From Basidiobolus meristosporus CBS 931.73 (lineage: Eukaryota > Fungi > Basidiobolomycota), in assembly GCA_002104905.1 (NCBI GenBank), contig MCFE01000106.1:105886-169885 (forward strand): a DNA stretch of 64,000 nucleotides. The letters run 5' to 3'. The notes under the pieces are model-generated. The model was not told where the DNA came from and did not search any database. It saw nothing but the letters and a program-made list of their open reading frames with translations. A program made the position numbers and the translations under genes. Shown one piece after another: positions 50,648 through 62,145 of the stretch. Positions within the stretch are counted from its first letter, which is position 1. Each line of letters opens with the position of its first letter.

Positions 50648-52386
50648 TTATGCATACCCATTGGCCTCGAGTACCTTGTATTTTCTGATCAATGCTCTCT
50701 TTCTCTTTCTCTTACATTTGCAGCACCTACACTCGCCATCGCTTCCGTCTGTTTCTGATAGCGTATCGCTAACAACAATGTCATCGCTCTCTGAGCTAGA
50801 AGTTGAGCTAGACGAACTACTGCCACTGCTAGGACATAAGGCTGGCACAAATTCCAGTGTATGAATGTGAAGCGCCAAATCTCTGTAATAGTTGGAGGAG
50901 TGGGGGGTGAAGTTTTTCACTGGGCAAGTTGCCCCATCGGTACCAAGTTGCTCCAATTGTTTGAGTAGCTTACGCGCCAACTTGGGCCGAGAATGGCGGG
51001 TGTTCAGCCATACACTCTCGAGATTGGTTGGGGAGCAAAAGTTTTGGGTTATTGCCACCGTAAAGTCTGAAGAATCAAATTTAAGTGACTGTGTATTTCG
51101 CAGGACTCGCATGGACTTACCCAGATTCATTACTACATGGTGCCAGCCACCAGGGACGAACATGGTTTCACCTGGTTTTTGCACTACTTCGATCATTCCG
51201 TATTGTTCACCTAGGGTTTTGCCCGGCATCTCCTCTGATTGTTGTTGAAACTTCGGATACACGTGTGTGAACCAGCTAACCGCCTCTCTGTCAAACGGCT
51301 TCATCGGTGGATCTACTAAAGATTTGGGGACATCGGGGGGAAACAATATCCATCTATATTGGCCTGTTGAGAAGGATACGAGACATGAATATACTAAGCT
51401 GAAGATATCATACCTTTTGTGACCAAATATTAAGGCGTTCCATGCACTCGTACCCAACGGGTCAGTATGAATTCTAATGATTAATCAACAAATAAACCAC
51501 TGCTGGTTGAGCTGAGTAGCCATATACCATAAACTTACCCGGTACCACTTCGAGCACCACCTATAACAATCCATCTATAAGGTGGCCTACGCCCTTCTCC
51601 GGTGAGACTGAACAAATCGTCTTCGAAGTAACTTGGTACAGAATAGTCACTAAGCAGATTCATTTTGGAACATTTTTCATCAACTTTGGCCTTCTTTGCA
51701 GTCGGCCCATTGTCAGAATTAGATTCCTTCGACCTTTTGGCTCTTTTGCGCGGGCCATTAAACTTGCTATCAAAAATATACAACGGGCTGTCATCGGAAA
51801 TTCCCTCGTTCTCCGTGTATCGAAGGAAATATTTCATTTTCATATAAACAGGATCGCCCTCATCATCTTCGCCGATTTTAAACTTTTCACTACCATAGTT
51901 TTTTAGTAGCGCCTAGTACACGGGCAAATTTAGTACTTCTGCTACCTTAAACTTTGTACTGGAAAGAAATCTCTTTCACTCACCTCCTTAGTCCACTCTT
52001 TATTGGCCGCCCATTTTTTGGTGACGCCAGTAAGAACTGCGGGTAAATTGGGTTTCTCAAAATTGTCTATGAATTCTTGCAGAGTAGTTGTATTCACGTC
52101 AACTCGTACTAGGGTGTCTTTTGACGACGGGATCCAATAATCGTTTTTGGCGTAATTATACTTGTTCCATTCGTGGTAATCCAGTTCTAAAAATTAGGTT
52201 GGGTTTGGTTGAGCTTTCTTTCGGAGGGGAATTCCGCGGCAAACTACGAAAATGATGATTACCTGAACGCGCCTTAACTTTGATTTTCCTGACTTTTCTT
52301 TCATATCTATATTCATCAATCTTATTCAAAGTCTTCATATACTCGACCGGATGGAGACTCAAAGAAACTACCTCATTAGGAGACAT
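50648..52386 (-). CDS. JMJD6: JmjC-domain oxygenase, JMJD6/PSR ortholog-like, multi-exon
   Basis: DSPLYIFDS, YFEDDLF..RRPPYRWIVIG..RSGTGIHTDPLGTSAWNAL, QKPGETMFVPGGWHHVVMNL, AITQNF, C-terminal poly-Ser. Confidence 0.9.
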
Positions 52387-53493
52387 GGTGTTTCTCAAGT
52401 TGCCTTAGCTGCTAAGCATGGAAACACACGTATTTAGCAAACAAAAAATCAGCAAAAAAACCACGTCTAGAACCTACACCTGAGATTGATCAGGTTTTTT
52501 ATCATCCTTTAATGTTATTGGAAGGGCAGTGATTTTTTTACACTATTTTGGGTACATATCTCGATTCCATGTCTGTGCTCTTGTCCCATAAGGTTCAGAA
52601 ACAGATTGCAAATTCTCCATCATTTGACAAAAGCTCTACACAGAGGTCAGTTGGATCTGAACCCTCCCCAAATAGCGGAGGTTTACACAGGAATTTAATA
52701 CAGTTATCCATTGCGTCATAAAGGATTCAAGCTGATCAACCGGTATTTACAGAATTTTTATCACATGCAACGGGTAGCTATAGTAAACGAAGCCTAGTCC
52801 GTGTAGTAAGGACTAATCTCAAAAGTTCATCAGACGCTTGCAATTACTGATTCATCCGTCTGCGCACACATCCTACACAACGGTATTTCTCTTCTGTTCA
52901 GTGCCCACTTCATTGATAGATGATAAGGCAAACACCCAAGAGAGAAATCCCAAAGCATTCATAACACCCAGATGGCAACTGGCATAATTTAGCGCTCCAG
53001 CCCCTTGATCCTGGATGCCAGCTTCAAGGGTATATATATTGAGCTCCTATATCCATCTCTGTACTCAGCTGACCGAAGGACCCTGATCATGAGTGTCTCT
53101 TAGAAATTAACCTGCAACTTAATTTGTTAATATTAGTTGGTGATGATTCCACCTGGATCCGGCGTTCAACAGAGTTAGCGGATGATTCTAAGCACTCCAA
53201 GCCTGAAACTCATTAGGATATGTATTTCCATGCGATAGAGGGCCAGAAATATCAGGAAATATTCCTTTTATTTCTCCTTTCTATGTGTTCACGTATGAGT
53301 CATGTGCTATAGGGATTTCGTAGGAAGGGCTATTGATGTTCGGAAATTATTTTTTAGATTAAGTTGTTGACTGAACGGACACCAGGCATAACTATATATT
53401 AAAGCGTTCCCGACAATTATAGGACTGCCTTTGCTCTGGTGGCTGAAGAGGCATTACCTTGAGGGATCGTACTGGACGTTACAACCGATCACT

Positions 53494-53841
53494 ATGACAA
53501 TCCCCAGCTCATCCAATGAATGGCAGGCAAAGTGCGGAACTCTTCACCGTTCGAGGCCTAGCGTGTTCTCCAGAGGGGGTGTGAGCAAAAGATTTGGATG
53601 TTTGAGTAAACGCTCGTCATTTGCTGACTTGCGGTTGCAACGTAAGTTGGGGACATCCGTAAACGAGGTCAGCAGAGCCCATAGAGATAATTCAGAATTT
53701 CAAGAAGCTATATCCAAACTACGAGGAGCCGCAAATTTCGAGGATGTATTGGCTAATGGATTTTTGGACGAGACAACGGGAGTTCGCCACGATACAATCC
53801 GTTTCTCACTCACACCACCGTTGGTTCGTGACAACTACTAG
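53494..53841 (+). CDS. Small protein of unknown function ending in an FEDVLxNGF..TIRFSLTP motif
   Basis: Shares its C-terminal motif with the convergent ORF at 54388-54696, which supports coding status. Confidence 0.65.
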   Translation: MTIPSSSNEWQAKCGTLHRSRPSVFSRGGVSKRFGCLSKRSSFADLRLQRKLGTSVNEVSRAHRDNSEFQEAISKLRGAANFEDVLANGFLDETTGVRHDTIRFSLTPPLVRDNY

Positions 53842-54387
53842 GCCCATGCATTGAGGATGTCGAGATAGAATCAATAATCTCTATAGTAAATATTTCTACC
53901 CGATATTTATCTCCACTAAGCACTTAGTTTCGGACAGAGCAACCCATCCAATGTATCTAAATATTACATGCTATACACACCATTTAACACTTTTGAGTAA
54001 GCGTTGTTTAATGAATACGGATTGCGAAGCGAATGAGCACACGTGCTTCATTGATGAAGCCGCAGAGCTATATGGGTGGTCTTGCCAGGGTTCACTCTCA
54101 AGTACTAACCTACTCCTATACTAATAAATATAAATGTAATTAGTTGAAAAATCCGCAACTTCGCTATTAAAGTTAGGTTTTGAATCTGAAATAGATTTCG
54201 CGCAAATACATGAAAATATTGTTCGCTTTTTGATATGAAGTACTGAATAACTCAAGATTGGGTTGCTTTTGGCCAAGCTTAGTCCAGAAACTTGTTTGGT
54301 TTAGTTTTAGTTTATTTGCATATCTCCAAAGAATCCTGCTTTGGAATACGATTCGATCATAAGTTACATGAGCTCCTTAGAGTTATG

Positions 54388-54696
54388 TTACGAGGAGATT
54401 TTGGCTAGATCTGGGGTTAGAGTGAACTTGATGGTAGATTCCCTTGTTCCAGAGTTGTCAAGCAGAAATCCGTTATCTAGAATGTCTTCAAAGCTCGGTG
54501 CTTTCTTCAGAGTTTGTCTAGCGAACTCTATGGTATATACATATTCATTCTGGTGGTAGATTGCTGACTCTTCATCCTCGCTTGAACGTAAATACACAGC
54601 ATCCTCCGAGATATCAGAGCTACTCAAGCCTCTACAATGATACTTGGCTAATTTAGCTGTTGCATTCCGCCACCTAGTAGATTGTGTTCTATGCAT
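54388..54696 (-). CDS. Small protein of unknown function, paralog of 53494-53841 (FEDILDNGF..TIKFTLTP)
   Basis: Motif shared with the convergent neighbour. Confidence 0.65.
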   Translation of the reverse strand: MHRTQSTRWRNATAKLAKYHCRGLSSSDISEDAVYLRSSEDEESAIYHQNEYVYTIEFARQTLKKAPSFEDILDNGFLLDNSGTRESTIKFTLTPDLAKISS

Positions 54697-56056
54697 CTCA
54701 CGTGACAGTTTATAGTGTGGGTTGAAAAGACAGAAAGTCACTGTGGAGGCAAGGGTCTAATGATGCTCTTTTATAGTGGAATACACCTTTGGATCATGGG
54801 CATAGGCCATTTGGATGATAATCTGGCGCGAGGCTTGGCCGCGGAAAATATGTACTGCCAAAAATTAAGGTAATTGGCGGAACTGTATGATACGCAGGAA
54901 ATAGCGATCAACTCCTTTCATACTTAATTATTCAGGTTATTGAGGGGTCAAGTTATGCTGCTAATTAATTGCCAAAGGGCTAAACACATGGGTGTGTATA
55001 CTCCTCCTTTATGAAAAGCATAGCTTGATTATTAGTGATTTGCTAAACAAAGACCTGGACTCCAAAATTGAATCAGAATATGTTGGTTACACTGACCACT
55101 CTGCATTAGTGGGGTGTATCGCACACTTCGTACAGATTGTCGTTTTTCCCTTGTATTACACACCATCAGTGCTTAATATTGCCATTGGAGGCATTAAGTA
55201 TAATATCGCCGTACCGTTCACATTGAGAGCGCTACCAAAATGATGTTTTATTGGATCAGAGTTGTAAGCCACCCCACGTTTTCGTTGTGACTGACAAAGG
55301 TAACGGCTTTTAGAAATTGAGAATAAATAAGATTAGGTGCAATCCTAATGGCAGATGGGTTACCAAATCCAGCTACAGATTGTCTTTGCCCTAGAGGGCG
55401 TTTTACGGTCCTCCACCTTGAGCATATGGATATATTGTAGTGACCAACGAATAGCAAATATACGTCATATCAATCCAGTAAGATTGACTATGTTTGACCA
55501 TCTACGTAGATATTTCCCCAATAAGCCCAACCCCAGCTCAGCGTCCATGTCCCTGTGCATCAGTGGCCAATCAACAAAGAAACCAGACGCTTGAAATGCT
55601 TACAGAAATAAACTAGAGATTGGGGTGTTTTTAAACTCGATACATGCGCGACTGCTCTCTCACGTCGGGACCGACAATGTTGATCCGAGGTTACAAACGG
55701 TTCGTGGCGCATGGCGTAGGTGTTGGATATTCTCCACACGAATAAGAAACGTTTTCGCAGGGTTAGCATTCGTGAAAAAACTCGTCTAGTAATCCAAGAT
55801 AGGAAATGTAATAGACGTCTATGGGGTATGGATGGGAACCTCATACAGGGCACATTGGCGAATGCCCCTGCCTCAGATTATTTATAAATGAGGTAGGCCT
55901 ATTATATGGAAGGGCTTAAATGAAAGCAAGATGTGACGGCGTATTGCCAAAAGCATGTCCCATTGTTCCGGGTGATAAGCATGAAATGCCGGAAATATCT
56001 CGAGATAACCACCGCTGTTAACTGATGCTTGATGTAGACGTAATTTCAAGGCGATT

Positions 56057-56464
56057 TCAACGAACCAATTGCGGCCACCACTTACGAGGCTTGTCGGACG
56101 GTTCGTAGATAGGTTTTTCTTCTGCCGAATGTCGGATATGGTACATCGGGCTAGCTAAGGAAAGCAGTGCCTCAATGGTAGGATATGACTTTCCTACCAT
56201 TTCCTTGACAACTGTGAAATAGTGATATAGTATAAGGTTGCTGACCTCTTCGGTTCTTGCAGCCTTGCTAACAGCGAATCCACGACAGCTAACCTCAATT
56301 GTAAGCTGTATTCCTTCCAGGGTATGGAAGGTGAAGATAGACCAGGGAACGCAGTGATTGTTAGGGTATCCCATACGCTGAACCAACAAGCTGTCCTCTT
56401 GTATGTCAGGGAGGAGATTCCGAAGTAGATTCACAATGTCTTCCCGAGGAACGGTCGATTTCAT
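56057..56464 (-). CDS. Probable GSKIP-domain (DUF727-like) protein
   Basis: FHTLEGIQLTIEVSCRGFAV..YPTIEALLSLASPMY resembles the GSKIP pattern (..TxE..Y.LEL..GL.V..ETxYSLLD..SPxY); recognised from memory only. Confidence 0.55.
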   Translation of the reverse strand: MKSTVPREDIVNLLRNLLPDIQEDSLLVQRMGYPNNHCVPWSIFTFHTLEGIQLTIEVSCRGFAVSKAARTEEVSNLILYHYFTVVKEMVGKSYPTIEALLSLASPMYHIRHSAEEKPIYEPSDKPRKWWPQLVR

Positions 56465-57811
56465 TGCCGCTACGAGTAGTGGGGTAAGCTTGAGGTAGAT
56501 GCTTTTCGATGCCTGCTATTCACCAATGATGAAGCAAGTGGATATAAGAGAGGGCTGGAGTGGGAGAAAATGAAGAGATGAAATGAAATCGTCTAGGCAG
56601 CAACCGATCCATTATATAATATACCGGAAACGTTTTTGGGGGCCCACTCTGGATAGACTCACCGCCAGCCTGCGATACGCTTGCTGAGTAGACATGAACT
56701 GGTGATTCCCAATATAGACAAGCTAATTCCGAGTAACGCTTAACAGCAAGTAATTTGCCAGTTGTGCAAGGTAAGCTCATATGATCTGCTTGCCTAGTGA
56801 TCGACCAATGACATTAGAAGTGTAGCATGATTACGTGGGGAGATTCGAAGCTCTAACTCAATCTTGAAAAAGCAGTCAGTCACTGTTTTCCAAGTCAGTC
56901 CAATGATCGGAAGTCTTCAGAAAACCACCCAAGTGAGACACTGCACAATTTATCGGTTGATAAACTGACGATTGGTAGGATACAACCTACATGGCCTGAT
57001 TGAGGTTATGCATTAAATCTATTACCTAATACTATTTTGTTGATTTGTGCCACTTCTATGGTGGTGATCTGAGTGTACAGTAAACTCAACCCACCAAAGC
57101 TTGGCGAGGTAGGGGAATACAGCAGTGGTGGTGTCTCGCCTAATCAGTTGATGAGCTGTAAAGATGAATTCCAGTCGAGGCAGCCTGCGGTTACCTGTCT
57201 AGTAGCTGTGCAATGGAGATATGGTTCGCCGTAGCTAAATCATATACGCGAAACAGATGGCTTATGATTTGAAAATGTGTAAGGTACCAGATGAGCCTCA
57301 CACATTGCAATACCCTAGATCTATTAGGACTAAGAAGAGCCTGAAACCAGATAATGCGTGCACAAACACCGCCAGTTGTAGCCGAGCCACTTGTTCAATC
57401 CATTCCTCATGAGCAACGGTATGGCAATGTCTGCAATCAAATGGATCCGCAATTTCATGACTAGCTGTATACCAACGGCCGGTGGAGGGAAGCTTTGGAG
57501 CTCACATCTTAATTTTTGGTCAACCTGGATGAGTATCTTGGTGTATTGGTCATTAGGTGATTGTTATTACTGTATACTTCGTATTGCAGGCTGGTAAAAT
57601 TATCAACTTGGTGGCTTAGGTGCAGTTTAGTTTTGTGCCGGCATTCAAAAAAGCTTCATATAACTTCTTAGTAATCAGATTCTAGACGCCATGATTTCTA
57701 AATTTGTATGTTGACACAATCATACAAACAATCATTCAAGTTTGAAACATTTAAAAAAACAGTTAACAACTTTCCTAGGACATTACAAAAATAGACCTGA
57801 ACTTTAATAGT

Positions 57812-58072
57812 GGGTTGTAAGGGGTGACAACCATCAACAGGTGAAATCCTTACTTTGATGACTTAAAATAATGAAGCCAAATGCTACATGGGTTGCTATT
57901 TGTAAGTGAATAAAGAGAAGGGTCATGTTGAGAAAGCTCATAAGAAAGGCCACTAAGTTCAAGTGGAGTTAAAATATAGTTAAGTGACACTGGATGGATT
58001 GCAAAAGAAGGTAGTGGCTTATCAGCAATTGTAACCAAGTTAGATAAGTATGGATAGGAGGAAAGTAAGAAT
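57812..58072 (-). pseudogene. Most diverged LINE 3' fragment with a degenerate tail at the array boundary
   Basis: IHPVSLNYILTPLEL matches the C-terminal motif; tail reads AAAGTAAGGATTTCACCTGTTGATGGTTGTCACCCCTTACAACCC. Confidence 0.6.
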
Positions 58073-58130
58073 GGTTAGGGAGGGAAAGTCACCATTGCAG
58101 TGAAATCTTTATTTTTGCTAAGTAGTTACC

Positions 58131-59459
58131 CCTATGAGAAGTTCTTGTGATGATCCTGTCAAAAGGCCATCACAAATTTAAAGTCCTGCAACTAAGAGGT
58201 ACTGATCCTGTCAGGACACCATGTAAAGTCCATCAAAAACTTAGTCAAAATTTTTCATTACAACAATATATTAGTGGCTTTTAATTGGTTCCCTGCCAAT
58301 TTGCTCACTTTCTGATCCTGGACACTTGGTCACCTCCTACATTTGTGTACATTGATTGGCTATTGCCTCTTTTTCACACTCCTTGCTTCTTGACTCAACA
58401 GTTTCTCTTACTTTCTATGCATACAAATTGCTTTATTTCTGCTGAAACTTCAGTTGTACCTCAATTGCCAATTGTATTGACCTATACAAGTCCCTATACC
58501 CTACACTAACATTATGCCCAACCCCACACTCAACAAGTAACTCCATTAAAATCCACCATCCAATAAGCATTTCTTAGGGGAGGGAAAGTTACCAAGTTGG
58601 TGAAATCTTTATTTGGGTCAAGAACTAATCTAAGCACAAATAAAGAAGCCAATTAAGAAGTCTAGAACCTCTCTAATAAGTAATCTAATTTATGTTTTGT
58701 TTCATCTCTAATGTTTGTTTCAATAAAGTAAAGCTCATCAGGGGTAAATATAAAATTCAAGGGTTTTGGGGGAAGTACAAATTGTAGATGTTTCTGATCA
58801 ATATAATCTAAGACTGGAACCCAGCCTGGGATTAGGTGTAGTAGGAAAGGTGTGTGGACTTGCAAGTAGCTCTGCCACATAGATCTTAGATGGTCCTGAG
58901 CCAGTAGTCTTGGTTTCTCAGTTTTTAAAGTATTGAAGCAAGCTCTGTTACTACAGCAGAGCCAACCAGGGTGTGCCAGCAAGAAGCCCTATGAAAAATT
59001 ATTGAGATGATCCTGTCAAAAGGCCGTCACAAAGTTAATGTCCTGTGACTGAGAGGTACTGATCTTGTCAGGACTCCATCCAGAGACCATTGAAAAATAA
59101 TTGCACCCCAGATTTCACAAAAAACTTTGTCAAAATTTTTCATCACAACAATGTATAAGTGGCTTTTGATTGGTTCCCTGCCAATTTGCTCACTTTTTAA
59201 TCCCATACACTCTATTGCCTCCTACATTTGTGTGAATTGATTGGCTATTGCCTCTTTTTCACACTCCTTACTTCCTGACTCAACCGTTTCTCTTACTTGT
59301 AATGCATACAAATTGATTTATTTCTGTTGAAACTTCAGTTGTACCTCAATTGCCAATTGTATTGACCTGTACAAGTCTCTATACCCTACACAAACATTAA
59401 GCCCAACCCCACACTCAACAAGTAACTCCATTAAAATTCACCACTCAATAAGTATTTCT
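58131..59459. repeat. Two ~440-470 bp direct repeats (58131-58573 and 58987-59459)
   Basis: Collinear blocks (gatcctgtcaaaaggcc, ttggttccctgccaatttgctcac, aaacttcagttgtacctcaattgccaattgtattgacc) with scattered substitutions and one indel. Confidence 0.92.
58574..58986 (-). pseudogene. 3' end of a diverged LINE subfamily (C-terminus of the RT ORF + tail)
   Basis: EKPRLLAQDHLRSMWQSYLQVHTPFLLHL..LPPKPLNFIFTPDEL is homologous to EKPKLAYLKYLTDLWQQYLQQHTPFMMNI..LPPFPLNSVLSTEEL of the RT ORF. Confidence 0.8.
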
Positions 59460-60282
59460 GCTATAATGCTCTGGTTCCACAATTTTGGCGGGATCTCAAT
59501 GGCTTTATGCCACTGTTCATTCACTGGTCCCACACATCCTGGTCTTCAGCTGGCACTGCAAGGTCTAGCTCCTCATCTGCCAGTCTTTGCAATAAATCCT
59601 TGCAATATTCCAGTGCGTTTTCTTGAGCACTGCTCTTGAGGAAGTGCTGCAACCTCTTGGTGTGCCTATTAATGTTCCAAAACTCCACTGAAGGCATTGT
59701 GATAGTCTTTCAAGCTCTTGACATTGTAGCCTTGTCTGTCAGTGGGATCTCCACTCTGTCAACAATGGAGGCAGTGGAGGCTGTGGTAGACAAATTGCCG
59801 TTTTCAGCAAACTCATCTACCTTGCTGGAGTGTAGCTCAACTGGCTGCGCTTCCAACTATTGTGAAAACAGCTGTTTTCTTGTTGGTAATTCTTCTTGGC
59901 TATGATGGGATTCAGTCTGTTCCTGGCTTGCGGTGTTAATTGGCAAGAACTGCAGTTTTTTTTGCATGCCTCCCTGTCTCAGGCTTGGGTAGACATTTTT
60001 CCCTTTACCTTTCCCTTTATCACTCCCAGGTCTTTCACTGCTACTTTGTCTGAGTGCTTCTTGTAAAGAGCTACATTTTCTCCTAGATACATTCTGCTCT
60101 GACACATCTGTTTTGGCCTACTTGTCCCTGCTGGCACTCTTCTGGCAACCTGATGTTTCTTTTCAGCTTGCTTTGAGCTCTCAACTATAGATGTGACAGG
60201 CTCCTGTAAAAGCAGCTGGTTTTTATCTCTGCCAGGTCCTTCACTGCTACTTTGACTGGGTGCTTCTTGAGTGGTACTACAC
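59460..60282 (-). pseudogene. Degenerate ORF of a second element family with in-frame TGA/TAG stops and an internal duplication
   Basis: QEAPSQSSSEGPGRDK / QEALRQSSSERPGSDK duplicate; reading frame broken by stops; CpG-poor. Confidence 0.5.
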
Positions 60283-61064
60283 TTAGGGTTAGGTGGGAGA
60301 TAGTCACCAACAGGTGTAATCTTTATTTCAGCTGAAACAAAGAAGCCAGCGCTACTGTTGCAGCTTTGATACAACTGTGGGTAGCTGAGGGGAATTTGTA
60401 GGTAAGTTTACAAGAAGTGATGATAGTTCTTCAGTGCTCAAGACACTGTTCAGGGGGAAGGGGGTAGTACAAGGGGTAAGAATGATTTGTGAACAACATT
60501 AATGAGGGGAATATGATAGGGATTGATTTTCATCATAAAGGGAGTGTGCTGCTTCAGATATTGCTGCCAAAGGTCTGTCAAGTACTTCAGGCAGGCCAGC
60601 TTGGGTTTTTCTGACTGCAGAATATAGTGAGCAAACTTCTTGACTTCAGGGTCTCCAAATATAGTTCTCCAGCAGGAGCCAGGTGTAGTGTGGTGTGTTC
60701 TCTTCCAGGTCTTGATCAGTGGGTTGTTGCAGTGGTGAAGTCTGAGATATAATCTGGTTCTAAGGTAGAGTAGTCTGATCTTGTAGGGCATAAACCCAAA
60801 AGCACCAAGAATAGCATGTCCGTAGGGGCATTCAAGTAGATGAGGCACCAGGGATGTAATGCACCAGACTGCAAACTTGTCAAGCTTAGTGCAGTCTCTA
60901 GAAGTAAGAGAGAGAAGTGGTAAGCCAAATTCCAGGACAGGGAAGACAAACTGCTTGAGTAGAAGGAGGCAGCTAGGAGCTGAAGTTGTAGGAGGAGTTA
61001 CAGCCAGTAGCTTGTGGAGTGCTTGTCTTGCCAGGATGATTCTCTTCTTCATGTGTGCTCCAAA
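60283..61064 (-). pseudogene. 5'-truncated, frameshifted copy of the C-terminus of the RT element
   Basis: Close copy of 62146-62927; starts at GAHMKKRIIL; 1-nt loss in the poly-C run near LPPSP shifts the frame. Confidence 0.9.
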
Positions 61065-61611
61065 GGGTTAGGGGAGGGAAAGTCACCAAGGTAGGTGAAA
61101 TCTTTATTTGATTGCAGACAAGTCTAACTACAAATAAAGGAGCCAGCTGGGAATAGAAGATTCCCAAAGTAAACACTAAGTTGAATATGAATAAATCTAA
61201 GCTAAAGTTAAGGCAGTATCCCAGAGTACACTGGAGTTCAGGTTCATGGGGGAGTGAAGTAGATAAGCTTGAGAGATATAATAATCCTTTAAGAAGTGGG
61301 TAACAGCAGGTGAAGGGGAGTTTTTGATAAGTGAAGTAAATCTTGAGATCAGAGATTCCTCTAATGAGAAGGTCTTGTAAACTGGAGAATCCGGAAACTC
61401 TTTAAAGGCATGGTCAGTAGGTTCCCAGTAAAACTGGTCAGAGACATTTTGAGAGAACTCTTTAGCAATACTTTTGTCAAGTACTACCTCCATAGTGTGA
61501 TGGTTGATAAATCTCATGTTAACAATCTTGGATAAGTTGTAACCTTGTTGCTTGAGATACATCCTATGATCAGATATAGGAATAAACTCCACATTGGCAA
61601 AGTAGCAGTAG
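61065..61611 (-). mobile_element. 5'-truncated unit encoding an ORF1/gag-like fragment followed directly by 3' UTR and the shared tail
   Basis: ORF 61197-61592 (RMYLKQQGYNLSKIVNMRFINHHTMEVVL..FYWEPTD) resembles ORF1 C-termini I recall from Mucoromycota LINEs; no RT between its stop and the tail. Confidence 0.5.
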
Positions 61612-62145
61612 GGTTAGGGTAGGGGGGAGGAAAGTCACCAAGTGGTGAAATCTTTATTTACTTATGACAAGTATCTAAAGAAGCCAAGTTAATCTGAAGT
61701 AATTCCTAGAAAGCTAGGTCTGAGAGATATCTTCCTGGTAAGCCAGGTCTGAGAGTTGAGAAGCTGAGTGGTACTATATTTCCTAGTTAGCTAGGTCTGA
61801 GAGAGGTTTCCTGGAAAGCCAGGCCTGAGAAGTGAGAATCTGAATATATCTGAGCTAAGTTATACTGGTTTGCGGTAGCTGGATTGTGGCCGGAAAGGCC
61901 AGTAGACTGGGGGAACTGAGATGAATTTCTGGGCGATCACTGGCCAAATTTACTAGGCAAATCTGGCCATTAGCATTTCAAGGATTTCAGCCAATCAGAG
62001 CCTTTACTTTGCCCGATGGTTGATCAAGCCATCTCCCAATGAGCACACATCAATTTATTAATCAAATTTTTTGCTGGATCCAGGATTTGAACCCACAGCC
62101 ATGGGTATGGAAGGGTTAGGGATAACCACAAGGCTAAGTGTTCTT
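61612..62145 (-). mobile_element. Candidate tRNA-derived SINE (A/B box head, hairpin-repeat body, LINE-type 3' tail)
   Basis: A-box-like TAGCCTTGTGG (62136-62126) and B-box-like GGTTCAAATCC (62093-62083) 32 nt apart; non-coding body; ends in the shared tail. Confidence 0.45.

Noticed and set aside
54900-55900. Fragmentary minus-strand ORFs upstream of the GSKIP-like gene's 3' side
   Set aside because: No continuous frame or recognisable family.
58150-58215. TGACAGGAT resembling an Agrobacterium T-DNA border
   Set aside because: Only 9 nt match and the rest of the 25-bp border is absent; chance.
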